Positions 27,195 through 35,979 of a stretch of 64,000 nucleotides of DNA are shown here, piece by piece. Under the pieces are notes generated by a model. The model ran no database searches and was not told the DNA's origin. It saw only the letters and a program-made list of their open reading frames with translations. Numbering within the stretch: position 1 is the first letter of the stretch; every line of letters begins with the position of its first letter. Made by a program: the position numbers and the translations under genes. The stretch is from a virus (lineage: Duplodnaviria > Heunggongvirae > Uroviricota > Caudoviricetes), in the IMG/VR virus record IMGVR_UViG_3300044824_000100, positions 1-64,000 of that record. One strand, given 5' to 3'.

Positions 27195-27425
27195 CTAGCA
27201 GTAGCATTTGTCGTCTTTACAGCGGCAGGGATAATCAGGTTCATCGTCCTGCGAACAGCTGCACTCTTCCTTGGAGTTTTCACAGTACGTGCACGGTTCA
27301 AGATTGCCGTAATCATGTGTAAGAATGTTCCATGTATTACCGGAGACTGTCACATTAAGCGTGTCAAGAAAGTCAAACAATTTACAGACGGATGTGTATT
27401 GCTCAGTCGTGTCCATCAACATCAA
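27195..27425 (-). CDS. small Cys-rich protein
   Basis: 11 Cys in 76 aa. Confidence 0.35.
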   Translation of the reverse strand: MMLMDTTEQYTSVCKLFDFLDTLNVTVSGNTWNILTHDYGNLEPCTYCENSKEECSCSQDDEPDYPCRCKDDKCYC

Positions 27426-27496
27426 TCCTCTTGATGCGCTTATAGTCTCTCTTGGTCTTGTGTCTTTTACCGGGTGGCGCGATAGGAATACGAGGC

Positions 27497-27682
27497 TTAA
27501 ACTTCTTGGGTTTCTTTCTCAACCTCTTCGGCAGTTTCATCTTCGTGTCCCTCTAAAATGCACTGAGCGCAGACACCATTCTTGTTGCACTCCACGTAAT
27601 CACCACAAATTTCGCAGTCTTGTCGCATATCGTTCTGTTTGTTATTTAGGATCAGGGATTTTGTCTGCAAGTGTAACCACAA
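27497..27682 (-). CDS. small zinc-ribbon protein
   Basis: CEICGDYVECNKNGVCAQC. Confidence 0.35.
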   Translation of the reverse strand: MWLHLQTKSLILNNKQNDMRQDCEICGDYVECNKNGVCAQCILEGHEDETAEEVEKETQEV

Positions 27683-28319
27683 CCGGGCTATTTCTCATTC
27701 TATATCGATCATCCAGTACTGAGGCATTAACTACTACGATACCATTGTGGGAATAGGTTCCAGCACCTTCGTGTATATGTCCGCTAACATGGAGCTTGAG
27801 ATCCTTCAACCTGCTATTTATGGTATCCAAAAGGTTCTCGCATCCAACAGTTTCACCGGGTTCTGAGCCGCGGTCGGAAAGGGTATCGCCGTAGCCTAAA
27901 ATAGGACCATGAGTGATCAAGATGTCCACATCGCTTGGAATGAGGTCCCAGTGTTCTTGTATCTCTGCTCCTCGACCTCTATTAAACGCCCAGTCACAGA
28001 ACCAAGGACTGACAGGTGATCCGTGCACCTTGAAGCCATTTATGACTACTGTCTCATCCTCTAGATATGTACACGTAGGAGCATGAAGAGCAACCAGCTT
28101 TCTAAACTCTGCTGGATGTCGCTCTGGGTAGAAGTCGTGATTACCAGCTATAAAAACCTTATTCTTATAGTTCTGCTTATCGAACCACTGTAAGAACTCT
28201 ATCGTTAGGTTCTCTTCGCCGCGATGGGTCCAATCCCCTGCGTGGACTAGTATATCACCTTCTGGTAGTTTTAATGCTTTGTGCTGACAATGAGTATCGC
28301 TAATCAGTACTAACCGCAT
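27642..28319 (-). CDS. calcineurin-like metallophosphoesterase
   Basis: ISDTH, GDW..RG, GNHD, ITHGP, GHIH metal-binding motifs. Confidence 0.85.
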   Translation of the reverse strand: MRLVLISDTHCQHKALKLPEGDILVHAGDWTHRGEENLTIEFLQWFDKQNYKNKVFIAGNHDFYPERHPAEFRKLVALHAPTCTYLEDETVVINGFKVHGSPVSPWFCDWAFNRGRGAEIQEHWDLIPSDVDILITHGPILGYGDTLSDRGSEPGETVGCENLLDTINSRLKDLKLHVSGHIHEGAGTYSHNGIVVVNASVLDDRYRMRNSPVVVTLADKIPDPK

Positions 28320-28572
28320 CTTTTTTCTTTCTAGATTTCTTGGGTTTTGGAAGTTGAGGAACTCCCATCACCAACTTAGTTTTTCCGTTATGTCCATGAA
28401 TACTTTCTACATCTGATATGTTTTTATAGATACATATTGAGGAATGAAAAGTTTGCCACTCCAAAACCACAGCACCAGAAGGAAAAACACAACCGCGAGC
28501 AACCAAACCAGTTCCGCTGATTCCCGTTTCGTCTTCGAGTCTAAGTAGATAAAATTCTTGAAACTTATCCAC
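28300..28572 (-). CDS. hypothetical protein
   Basis: 90 aa. Confidence 0.35.
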   Translation of the reverse strand: MDKFQEFYLLRLEDETGISGTGLVARGCVFPSGAVVLEWQTFHSSICIYKNISDVESIHGHNGKTKLVMGVPQLPKPKKSRKKKDAVSTD

Positions 28573-29107
28573 AATTTTTTCCCCTTGCCAAGTTGTCTTT
28601 TTCCCATAATGGTTGCAAGTTGCTATAATGACATACTATTTTAAGTTGTCTAATGTCTGTTAAATTAAATTTTGATAGTGGAATTATGTGGTCTATGTGC
28701 CATCCATTATTTCCATAATTTGACCAGTTCATGCCCATTAAAAACTTAGACTCTAAATGTCTCTTTAATTCATCTATTGTGCATCCTAATAATTGAATAG
28801 CAGATCCACTTTTGGAGTTGTTTTTAAGAGCCATTTTAAAACGGTTACGAATTCTATGTTTTAACTTATAACATAGGTCTTCACTTAATTTTTTACGTTT
28901 ATATTCAGCGGTTCTAGCTAGTTCATCAATGCGATTATCAATGTATTGATTGTGGCGAGCTTCTTTGCCTTTAGCAGACGATTCGTACTTAGCTTTATTT
29001 TCTTTCCATCTAGCCTTATTGTTTTTTCGCCACAAGATAGAGCGCTCAACTTTGGTCATTTTACTTCCACGGTTCTGAAGACACGTTTGTCGACTTACAT
29101 AAGTCAC
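28565..29107 (-). CDS. HNH endonuclease
   Basis: WHIDHIIPLSKF...NLQPL...N signature; very AT-rich. Confidence 0.7.
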   Translation of the reverse strand: MTYVSRQTCLQNRGSKMTKVERSILWRKNNKARWKENKAKYESSAKGKEARHNQYIDNRIDELARTAEYKRKKLSEDLCYKLKHRIRNRFKMALKNNSKSGSAIQLLGCTIDELKRHLESKFLMGMNWSNYGNNGWHIDHIIPLSKFNLTDIRQLKIVCHYSNLQPLWEKDNLARGKNCG

Positions 29108-29154
29108 ATTGGCGTGATTTTTCTTTTTGAACCACTAGACGTATTTTACAATCA

Positions 29155-29445
29155 TCACAAATAACTAGGCGGAGGCTGTCTCGTCTCGATTGCGTCTTTT
29201 TCTTGTTCTTTTTTGTTGCCACTGCACATCCTCCAGGCGAACGCGTCGACTGCGTCCATGTTTGATTTTTCCTTAGGCATCTTTATCCATAGGGTCAGCA
29301 TGCTACAAAGCCAATATGCCGCGAAGCGCATTTCTTCATATTTAAGATGATTCTTGGCCGTTGCTATGTTATTACGCACCTCAGCCCGAATCCTATCGTG
29401 GCGCTCACGCTCGCGTTTTTTTCGTTCTTGCTTATCGGATGCCAT
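29155..29445 (-). CDS. hypothetical basic protein
   Basis: Listed ORF trimmed to internal Met MASDKQERKKRER to remove overlap. Confidence 0.3.
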   Translation of the reverse strand: MASDKQERKKRERERHDRIRAEVRNNIATAKNHLKYEEMRFAAYWLCSMLTLWIKMPKEKSNMDAVDAFAWRMCSGNKKEQEKDAIETRQPPPSYL

Positions 29446-29638
29446 ACTTGATCTTGAGTGCAGCTGGGAGAGCATCGAAGTCGATCTCTTCATCGAGGGC
29501 AGCATCTTTGATAACCTTGATATATGTTCTCTTTGGACCCTTGGCACTAACCTTCTTGATCTCGCCGCCGCGAGCAACAAAATCAGCAACACTCTCAGTC
29601 TTGATTTGCTTTTGCATATTGTTTTCCTCTGCTATCAT
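29432..29638 (-). CDS. hypothetical protein
   Basis: 68 aa; promoter-like ATCCTGATCCTAAAT motif immediately upstream (29638-29652 region). Confidence 0.4.
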   Translation of the reverse strand: MIAEENNMQKQIKTESVADFVARGGEIKKVSAKGPKRTYIKVIKDAALDEEIDFDALPAALKIKYGIR

Positions 29639-29644
29639 TTAGGA

Positions 29645-29914
29645 TCAGGATGTAAGTAAATCATCGAGTGCAATCTCGGCTTCTACTTCCCTTATGAAGA
29701 CTTCCTTATCTTTCCCGTTCGTATGCCAGGTCACGTATCGCTTGAATAAACTAAGTAGTCCCATATCGTCGCACAGCTCCAGCATTTCTTGTCTGGTCCA
29801 CCTTATCATATGCTTGAGCTCTTCAGTGCTGCCGTATCCTGCCTCAAAGATCTCAGCGACCATGAGTTCTCTAGTGCTATCAGCAAGTGCCCACTTTCTC
29901 ATTTTCTCACCCAA
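29645..29914 (-). CDS. hypothetical protein
   Basis: 89 aa. Confidence 0.35.
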   Translation of the reverse strand: MGEKMRKWALADSTRELMVAEIFEAGYGSTEELKHMIRWTRQEMLELCDDMGLLSLFKRYVTWHTNGKDKEVFIREVEAEIALDDLLTS

Positions 29915-30249
29915 CCGATAGATAGCATCACTCTGTATCCATCTTGTATCGTGGTTACAAAGTGTTCCTGGATGTCTGGTCTGAATAATGCTATGCGCCA
30001 GAATTTGAACGTGGCATCTGGACAGATGAAGTCGCCGCCCTTCTTAGCTCTCTTGAGCATGACATTGAGCCTGTAATGACGTCCAGATTCGACCTGATCC
30101 GTATGAGCTCCTACTCTACTACCTTGAGGATAATAGAGCAGATAGGCGTCGCATCTTAGCAGCTTGGATTGCAGTAGACATATCTTGTTATAGCCTGTTC
30201 CTTGACGTCCTTGAGACCATGGAAGTTTCTTGAGTAGGTTTTCAAACAT
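29899..30249 (-). CDS. small 2OG-Fe(II) oxygenase-superfamily-like protein
   Basis: YPQGSRVGAHTD (HxD) ... RHYRLNVML ... GGDF resembles 2OG-FeII_Oxy_3 core; start set at MFENLL Met with GGGAG SD, ATGTTTGA start/stop overlap with upstream gene. Confidence 0.4.
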   Translation of the reverse strand: MFENLLKKLPWSQGRQGTGYNKICLLQSKLLRCDAYLLYYPQGSRVGAHTDQVESGRHYRLNVMLKRAKKGGDFICPDATFKFWRIALFRPDIQEHFVTTIQDGYRVMLSIGWVRK

Positions 30250-30463
30250 CCCAGACTCCCTTTCCTTCCACAAGGCGCGACATCTCGTCGTCCACCCAGA
30301 TGTTTGCCTCTTCGACGGAGTCACACTCGCGTTCCATCACTGTATCGCACCCAGGCTCATCATGCATGAGCTTCAGGATAGCAGCATGAAACTTATTCCC
30401 GTCAACCTGAATAACGATACCTTCATAGAGATACATACTATTTCCTCCTAGAGTTGATATCAA
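30242..30463 (-). CDS. hypothetical protein
   Basis: 73 aa, translationally coupled to downstream gene. Confidence 0.35.
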   Translation of the reverse strand: MISTLGGNSMYLYEGIVIQVDGNKFHAAILKLMHDEPGCDTVMERECDSVEEANIWVDDEMSRLVEGKGVWDV

Positions 30464-30646
30464 TCACTTCTGCCACATGCTCAGGCATATCTTGGGCTGC
30501 TTCTTCGATGGCATACTGCTCCCAGAAATCTAGGTCGCCCTGTTGATCGTCATCGACGGCAGATGCTCTTTCAAGGAACGCTTGGCGATTGCAATTGGGG
30601 GCATGGTGCCGAACTCCACGAGAATATACACGCTAAGCACGACATA

Positions 30647-30772
30647 CTATTTTTCCCCCAGTGCTGATTTAGAGTACGGTAAACCTGCTTGCTTCAATGC
30701 TAGGTTAACCTGATATATCGTACACAGAGTCGGTAAACTGATACATGCTTGGCATACGGCACATGTGCACAT
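30647..30772 (-). CDS. small Cys-rich ORF (41 aa)
   Basis: Internal Met of listed ORF preceded by GGAGGAA SD and ATCCCGACACAATAAT promoter-like motif; upstream part of listed ORF is the 15-mer repeat, not coding. Confidence 0.3.
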   Translation of the reverse strand: MCTCAVCQACISLPTLCTIYQVNLALKQAGLPYSKSALGEK

Positions 30773-30819
30773 AGATTCCTCCGTATCATTATTGTGTCGG
30801 GATATAGGCCAGGGTGCTG

Positions 30820-30834
30820 GCGTAGCAGTGTCAG
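30820..30834 (+). repeat. 15-nt repeat GCGTAGCAGTGTCAG, copy 1
   Basis: Exact 15-mer; 5 identical copies in window, all same orientation. Confidence 0.9.
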
Positions 30835-30994
30835 TAGCGGCGGCAGTACTTGCTGGCTGCATCTGTCATAAACATTTTAGATAGTAGGGTCTCGGAGCTT
30901 GAAATATTAAAATCAGAGAGCAAGTATATGAGGGTGTAGAGAGAGTTATATTTAGTGGAATTGCGCTCGGTTGGTGAACTCATTATAGTATTCT

Positions 30995-31032
30995 ACAAAA
31001 GAAAAACCCCGCCAACACTTAAGTTGACGGGG
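30995..31032 (-). terminator. rho-independent terminator after lipoprotein gene
   Basis: Minus strand: GC-rich hairpin CCCCGTCAAC/GTTGGCGGGG followed by TTTTTCTTTTGT. Confidence 0.65.
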
Positions 31033-31058
31033 TCTGCGATTATATCGCTCGGAGGAGA

Positions 31059-31754
31059 TTAGTGATAGAAGTATTCAGACGGTACCGCTGCACCGTTCAT
31101 GTACAGTTGCAGAGCTTGGTTACCGTTGTACTGGTAGAAGTCGAGCTCGAACCCATATACACCCTGGTTAAGCTGATACACCTTGGATACAGTGGTTGCC
31201 CCATGTTGGCCGTCGTTGTTTAGCTGAGCGCCATTGAGCGTTAAGATGGCACCATCATCGGATGTGAGGATCATTGGATAGAATCCCGGTGACGGACTGA
31301 CGAAATACCCGTGACACTTCAGGATGAAGAAGTTCTGGAACTGGTCCCGTAAATCGTCGTTAGTACTATCAGGTAAGATACTTAATCCTGAATTAGTAGA
31401 TGAGTTGGCCACGTCAAAGTCTCCATTGTAGGTGAAAGACCCGATGGATGTGGTATCGCCACTCACGTTGATAGCACTGTTGTTGAAGGCAGCGATGGAG
31501 ACAACCGTATTCTGTCCAGCTGCATTGATACCCCAGAGTTGGCAATCCAGTCCCTGCGTGATTGGGTCCGTACCATTGAACACAAGCTGCTGGTTGTATT
31601 GAGCAACCTCAGCCGCGATCGCTGCCTGTGTGGGATTAGATGACGGTGACTGAGCAGAAGGACCAGCAGGACCTTGCAGTCCCTGTGTTCCTTGCCCACA
31701 TCCAGATAGATAGACCAAGGCGAACACTACTGTGAATAAACCAATCTTTTTCAT
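31059..31754 (-). CDS. lipoprotein with collagen-like G-x-x segment and C-terminal PA14-like carbohydrate-binding domain
   Basis: Signal peptide plus LSGC lipobox, GQGTQGLQGPAGPS, PA14 core GYFVSPSPGFYPMILTSDDGAILTLNG...GVYGFELDFYQYNG; GGAGGAAAT SD. Confidence 0.65.
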   Translation of the reverse strand: MKKIGLFTVVFALVYLSGCGQGTQGLQGPAGPSAQSPSSNPTQAAIAAEVAQYNQQLVFNGTDPITQGLDCQLWGINAAGQNTVVSIAAFNNSAINVSGDTTSIGSFTYNGDFDVANSSTNSGLSILPDSTNDDLRDQFQNFFILKCHGYFVSPSPGFYPMILTSDDGAILTLNGAQLNNDGQHGATTVSKVYQLNQGVYGFELDFYQYNGNQALQLYMNGAAVPSEYFYH

Positions 31755-31950
31755 ATTTCCTCCGATGTTGTATTACGTGAGGAATATTAGATTCGGAAGA
31801 CTAGTTATCCGGGTAGATTGTATTTTTGCCTGAACCCGTCATAAAAACGATACGTGTCGAGATGCTCCGTTGGCCTAATAGGGTTACGACATGAACCCTT
31901 TGCTTGGCCGTCCCATGCATTAGCTAAGAGAAGAAGCAAGAGTCTTAAGT

Positions 31951-32103
31951 CTAGCATACGCCCTTGTATTTGTCCTTAAATTTGTTCCAGAAACTCACGG
32001 TACGGATAGAGCTATCCTCCACGAGAGGAGATGGCCAAAGCGCCTTTGCTCTGCCATTGTGTAGTTGACTTAAGAGGTTAAGTAAGCGCTTCAAGTCTAA
32101 CAC
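31951..32103 (-). CDS. small ORF, tandem paralog 1 of 3 (50 aa, GTG start)
   Basis: Third unit of about 150-bp tandem repeat; VLDLKRLLNLLSQLHNG...FWNKFKDKYKGVC. Confidence 0.35.
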   Translation of the reverse strand: MLDLKRLLNLLSQLHNGRAKALWPSPLVEDSSIRTVSFWNKFKDKYKGVC

Positions 32104-32246
32104 AGCTTATATTTGTCCTTAAACTTAGACCAAAATCTATTAGTGTGCACCTCGCCATCTTTCGCAATGGGAGATGCCCACGACACCTTAGCACTACCAT
32201 CGTGCAAGTAGGATAGTAAACTAAGTAAACGCTTTAAGTCTAGCAT
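32097..32246 (-). CDS. small ORF, tandem paralog 2 of 3 (49 aa)
   Basis: MLDLKRLLSLLSYLHDG...FWSKFKDKYKLC; ATG overlaps upstream stop as ATGCTAG. Confidence 0.4.
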   Translation of the reverse strand: MLDLKRLLSLLSYLHDGSAKVSWASPIAKDGEVHTNRFWSKFKDKYKLC

Positions 32247-32392
32247 ACGCCGTCGTATTTATCCTTGAATTTACTCCAGAAAGACGCTGTGTTTATAAAC
32301 TCATCCTCGACGATCGGAGATGGCCATTGCGATCTCGAATGACCATCGTGCAACTTGCTCAGAAATTTAAGTAAACGTTTTAAGTCTATCAT
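32240..32392 (-). CDS. small ORF, tandem paralog 3 of 3 (50 aa)
   Basis: MIDLKRLLKFLSKLHDG...FWSKFKDKYDGVC. Confidence 0.4.
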   Translation of the reverse strand: MIDLKRLLKFLSKLHDGHSRSQWPSPIVEDEFINTASFWSKFKDKYDGVC

Positions 32393-32544
32393 TGGTTGAT
32401 GATTGCACGGATGGTATCAACAGGCGGCGCACGATCTCGCCACCGGATACTCCGACTATGAATATGTATGTTAGATATGCTACTATAATGTGCATAAGTG
32501 TAATATGTGGAACCAGATGCAGAACACCTGGTTCCACATTGATC

Positions 32545-33039
32545 TTAGCTGTTCACCATCGAGCGAAGCTCTGCTGGCAGAGCTGCGACATCGATAGGCT
32601 TAGCAGGTTTGCGGGATGCTTTGATCTCGATGACGCGAGCATCGATAAAGGTCTGGATCTCAGCCTTCTCCGATGGATCGGTCTTGGTGCCGAGAAGAGC
32701 ACGCATCGCCTTGAGTGAAGCATCGCTGGAACCGACGCGGCTTCCAGGATTCTTGGCTTCGTACTTCACTCCACCGTTAAGACGTTCGTCTTTACGGAGC
32801 CAGTTGCTCGTGAGGCCAGAGCAGTACGTGCGGAGTTCTGCTTCGGTCGTGAACGACTTGTCGAGAGTGATTGACCCACTGTTGAAGCCTTCAACGAGGA
32901 TGTTGGTCACTTGAGCACGGAGCTCACGGTTTAACTGGGAAGAATATCCTTCACCTTCGATGACGGAGATTCCAGCTTCGGATAGAACAGAAGAAACAGC
33001 GGAAAATACTGCTTCTTTCTGTGATTGTTGAGTACTCAT
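32545..33039 (-). CDS. hypothetical protein, paralog of 40693..41151
   Basis: Shares SNWLRKD.LNGGV.Y.AKNPGSR.GS.DAS..AMR.LL....DPSE..EIQ.FID.R and LPAEL with the other copy. Confidence 0.5.
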   Translation of the reverse strand: MSTQQSQKEAVFSAVSSVLSEAGISVIEGEGYSSQLNRELRAQVTNILVEGFNSGSITLDKSFTTEAELRTYCSGLTSNWLRKDERLNGGVKYEAKNPGSRVGSSDASLKAMRALLGTKTDPSEKAEIQTFIDARVIEIKASRKPAKPIDVAALPAELRSMVNS

Positions 33040-33102
33040 CTAAAAATGCCCTCCTTATAGGGTTTATGAGTGTTTGTTGACATGGGCAAATAGTTTCAGG
33101 AA

Positions 33103-33438
33103 TTATTCGTCCATGATATCTCTTAGTGCGTCATCTACCTCCATGGTAAATATGCGTTCTAAGATATTTTTACAGTTTTCGAAGTCAGGCAGCTCGAGTG
33201 TATTAACTAGTTCGTCTCGGTTGGCTCCGTACAGATTCTTGATATGTCCCCATCTCTGGTACTGGTCAGTACGCAAGTTACGCTGTTCTTGCTTCTGCTG
33301 CTCCTTAGCATGATGAGGGTTGAGACGAGTTCTCAAGCCATAATGATGGTCCATCTGAACTATGTAATCCATAGTTTTCTTTATGTGACTCCACTTGTCA
33401 AAAGTGGATAGCGCGGTAAATTCATCTTCAGTCATGGT
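33103..33438 (-). CDS. hypothetical protein
   Basis: Listed ORF trimmed to MTEDEFTAL Met. Confidence 0.35.
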   Translation of the reverse strand, partial: TMTEDEFTALSTFDKWSHIKKTMDYIVQMDHHYGLRTRLNPHHAKEQQKQEQRNLRTDQYQRWGHIKNLYGANRDELVNTLELPDFENCKNILERIFTMEVDDALRDIMDE

Positions 33439-33682
33439 GCTTCTCCGCATATAGCACGTACAAGCGATTAAGCAGCATCCTGTACCATGACGTGTTGTAC
33501 ACGTAATTGACTGCGACACTTTTAATGTCTAGTAGGGTAAGCAATCTCATGAAGTGAGAGCATGCATCTTCCATAGCTAGGTGATTTTTCATGGCTTCCA
33601 CACCTTCAGCTTCCACAGAAGTTCGCACAGATCGTATGTACGACCGTATCCATTCTCTCTGTCGTTCTTGTTCTTGCTCCAT
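33428..33682 (-). CDS. hypothetical protein
   Basis: 84 aa. Confidence 0.35.
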   Translation of the reverse strand: MEQEQERQREWIRSYIRSVRTSVEAEGVEAMKNHLAMEDACSHFMRLLTLLDIKSVAVNYVYNTSWYRMLLNRLYVLYAEKHHD

Positions 33683-33842
33683 CTACCGCTCAACAAGGTA
33701 CATTTGATTGCCCAGTTATTAGCCCATGAATCATCAAACTCACTACTGAAGATCCTCCAATGTATCTGAACCGTCCCGTCGGACGCTAACATGGAACCAC
33801 GCAAAAAATTCAGCGATAGATTCATCTAGCCTATTATACAAA

Positions 33843-34232
33843 TTACGATTGGATTGCTTGATCGATGATGTACGACGCAAGCTTGTCCTGGAAATCTTCG
33901 GCAATCATGTTTATGATCAAATGTTGGTCCATAAATATCTTGGCGGAAAGAAGTGGTAAATTGTCCACGATAGAAAATCCCAGTTGCCAACATCTCCACT
34001 CAGAGATGTCAGAATCGGACCACTTACTTCTAGTGACCATTAAACATTTGTATGTTTTCAAGTCGAAGAAAAGTTGAACAGGGATAATATTGTGATCTGC
34101 CTTGCAATGAAAAGTAAACCTCAACGCCATTTGGGCATTCACGGAGTCAACGATGTATATTGTCCTACTTTCCTCAGAGAATGCCACCCTTCTTGCCTTA
34201 AACTCATTGACGACACTCATGCGAACGCACAC
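33843..34232 (-). CDS. hypothetical protein
   Basis: 129 aa. Confidence 0.35.
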   Translation of the reverse strand: MCVRMSVVNEFKARRVAFSEESRTIYIVDSVNAQMALRFTFHCKADHNIIPVQLFFDLKTYKCLMVTRSKWSDSDISEWRCWQLGFSIVDNLPLLSAKIFMDQHLIINMIAEDFQDKLASYIIDQAIQS

Positions 34233-34275
34233 ATGAGGAACACGATGACGATGATGAGGTAGAAGATGGGAATAG

Positions 34276-34521
34276 TCATCCGATCAGTTTAATGCCATAG
34301 TATATGAACCAACCGCCGCACCAAGCAACGCCAAATAAGGCTAATAACTTCAGCCAGGTTGGGTAAATTGACGGGTTGGCTCTGTGCATGCTCACGCTGA
34401 ATAGGTTCAGGAGTAGACAGATAAACTGTAACGCCGTGTTGAATACCATGTTCACTCCTTCTCTACTACGACTTGAGGCTGGAAACCATTCGCCAGGCAC
34501 TCGGCGTAGTATTCCTTGCAA
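34276..34521 (-). CDS. small membrane protein
   Basis: Two predicted TM helices. Confidence 0.4.
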   Translation of the reverse strand: MQGILRRVPGEWFPASSRSREGVNMVFNTALQFICLLLNLFSVSMHRANPSIYPTWLKLLALFGVAWCGGWFIYYGIKLIG

Positions 34522-34682
34522 ACCAAAACTTCTCTGGCGATCTCACTGCCGTGGCCGATAACCTCATCCTGACCCGTCTTGTAGTTGGGACGAGTATAGG
34601 TCGTGTTGCGGATATGGGTAACGAGACGATGGGCGGGTTCGTTGGGCTTGGTCATTTTTCCGGTCTTGGCGCATTTGAACAT
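34452..34682 (-). CDS. hypothetical protein
   Basis: Start set at MFKCAKTGK Met with AAGAGGGAAA SD. Confidence 0.4.
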   Translation of the reverse strand: MFKCAKTGKMTKPNEPAHRLVTHIRNTTYTRPNYKTGQDEVIGHGSEIAREVLVCKEYYAECLANGFQPQVVVEKE

Positions 34683-34696
34683 ATTAGTTTCCCTCT

Positions 34697-34891
34697 TTAA
34701 ATTTGGCAAGAACTTCGCCAACTTCGTTTGTGATCTCTACGAAATGCCCTTTCGGAGTGCCCTTTCGGAGTGCGCTGACACATGTCGCTTGCGGTCCTCA
34801 GAGCTTGTTCAAAGCTGGACTCATCAACTGCTTCAATGAGGTATTTAGCCGGACCTGGATTCTTCATTCGCATGCTCACTGTGCATTTCAT
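34697..34891 (-). CDS. hypothetical protein with C-terminus altered by 13-bp tandem duplication
   Basis: Removing one copy of TGCCCTTTCGGAG restores a more protein-like C-terminus HFVEITNEVGEVLAKFKEGN ending at the SD of the next gene. Confidence 0.35.
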   Translation of the reverse strand: MKCTVSMRMKNPGPAKYLIEAVDESSFEQALRTASDMCQRTPKGHSERAFRRDHKRSWRSSCQI

Positions 34892-34924
34892 ACGCGTTCT
34901 CCTATTTCCTAGACAGGAATAGAT

Positions 34925-35281
34925 TCAGTAATGATTCGCATAGATGTTGAGTTTATCGAGTACCCTACGAAGTGAATATTTCGCCTTGGCGTCCTTAGAT
35001 TCCTTGATTTCATTCCTCTTAGCCAGTCTGAACTCGTCATACCGTCTTAACATCTGATACTGCGTCACGTTTGCACCAACGTCGAGCCATCTCTGAATGA
35101 CGTCCCAACCCAGCGATTGGAACTCGAACACTCCATACTCTGAGTCCTCAGTAGCGGCCATGAACTTATAGATAGACCTCTTGTAAGACCTATCCGTTCC
35201 CGTCACCATAGCACCTATCTTGAAGGGAATCTTACTCTTCTTAGGTTTCTTTTTTATCGGCTTTTTCTTCTTGGACGGCAT
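34925..35281 (-). CDS. hypothetical protein with Lys/Pro-rich N-terminus
   Basis: 118 aa. Confidence 0.4.
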   Translation of the reverse strand: MPSKKKKPIKKKPKKSKIPFKIGAMVTGTDRSYKRSIYKFMAATEDSEYGVFEFQSLGWDVIQRWLDVGANVTQYQMLRRYDEFRLAKRNEIKESKDAKAKYSLRRVLDKLNIYANHY

Positions 35282-35326
35282 TTCCCTATTATACTGATTG
35301 GATCAGGACCCTGATATAATAGGAAA

Positions 35327-35632
35327 ATGGAGTACTTAACGTTCAACTCAGGATCTCAGTGGACTCTTAACAAGTCCGTTAAGCCTCCTTATTCCTCTCC
35401 CGAGGGAGGCGTATCTACTCCAAGGGATTACAGCGAACCTGGCAATGATTTTAAAGCCTACTCTAGTGTTACTGGTCAACTGCACGAAGACCACGGACAG
35501 AAGGGTTCAGTTCACGGGCAACCAGGTAATAAGAGAGCTCCTAAGCAAGGATTGCCTAGAAAGCATTGGGGCAAACCCGCTACTAAACTTCCCTCTGCTG
35601 CTGCGAACGCAGATCCTGGACTTGGGATTTAA
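35327..35632 (+). CDS. hypothetical low-complexity protein
   Basis: Plus-strand ORF with CCCTGATATAATAGG promoter-like motif upstream; divergent from minus gene. Confidence 0.3.
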   Translation: MEYLTFNSGSQWTLNKSVKPPYSSPEGGVSTPRDYSEPGNDFKAYSSVTGQLHEDHGQKGSVHGQPGNKRAPKQGLPRKHWGKPATKLPSAAANADPGLGI

Positions 35633-35783
35633 CTCTTTGCTCATACCCTATGAAGCTCCATTGGTTATCGAATCGTTCAAAATCTATTATATCGAATAGG
35701 TGCAACAGAAACAACAGACGCGTGAGCTGATTGTGGTTAACGTAGTGAGGCAACCTACTGCGGGTAAGATTGTTAGTCTTCAT
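35583..35783 (-). CDS. small ORF, paralog pair member
   Basis: LTRLLFLLHLFDIIDFERFDNQWS. Confidence 0.35.
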   Translation of the reverse strand: MKTNNLTRSRLPHYVNHNQLTRLLFLLHLFDIIDFERFDNQWSFIGYEQRVKSQVQDLRSQQQREV

Positions 35784-35979
35784 GTGTTAATCCCAGTCCA
35801 GTAAGAGATTTGATCCTGAGCGCGTATGCGTCGTAGCTCCAATGATTATTGATGTCTTCCCAATAGATTATATCTAGTAGATGAAGTAGAAATATTAAGC
35901 TAGCCAACGGGGGAACGTCATAGTTCCTACATGCTATACTATGGCGAATAAGTAGGTCTTTTTCCGTCACTCTAGACAA
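35773..35979 (-). CDS. small ORF, paralog pair member
   Basis: LASLIFLLHLLDIIYWEDINNHWS aligns with neighbour. Confidence 0.35.
   Translation of the reverse strand: MSRVTEKDLLIRHSIACRNYDVPPLASLIFLLHLLDIIYWEDINNHWSYDAYALRIKSLTGLGLTHED

Noticed and set aside
30773-30862. N-terminal extension of ORF 30647..30862
   Set aside because: This part is occupied by the conserved 15-mer repeat and the promoter-like box. A strong SD precedes the internal Met, so only 30647..30772 is taken as coding.
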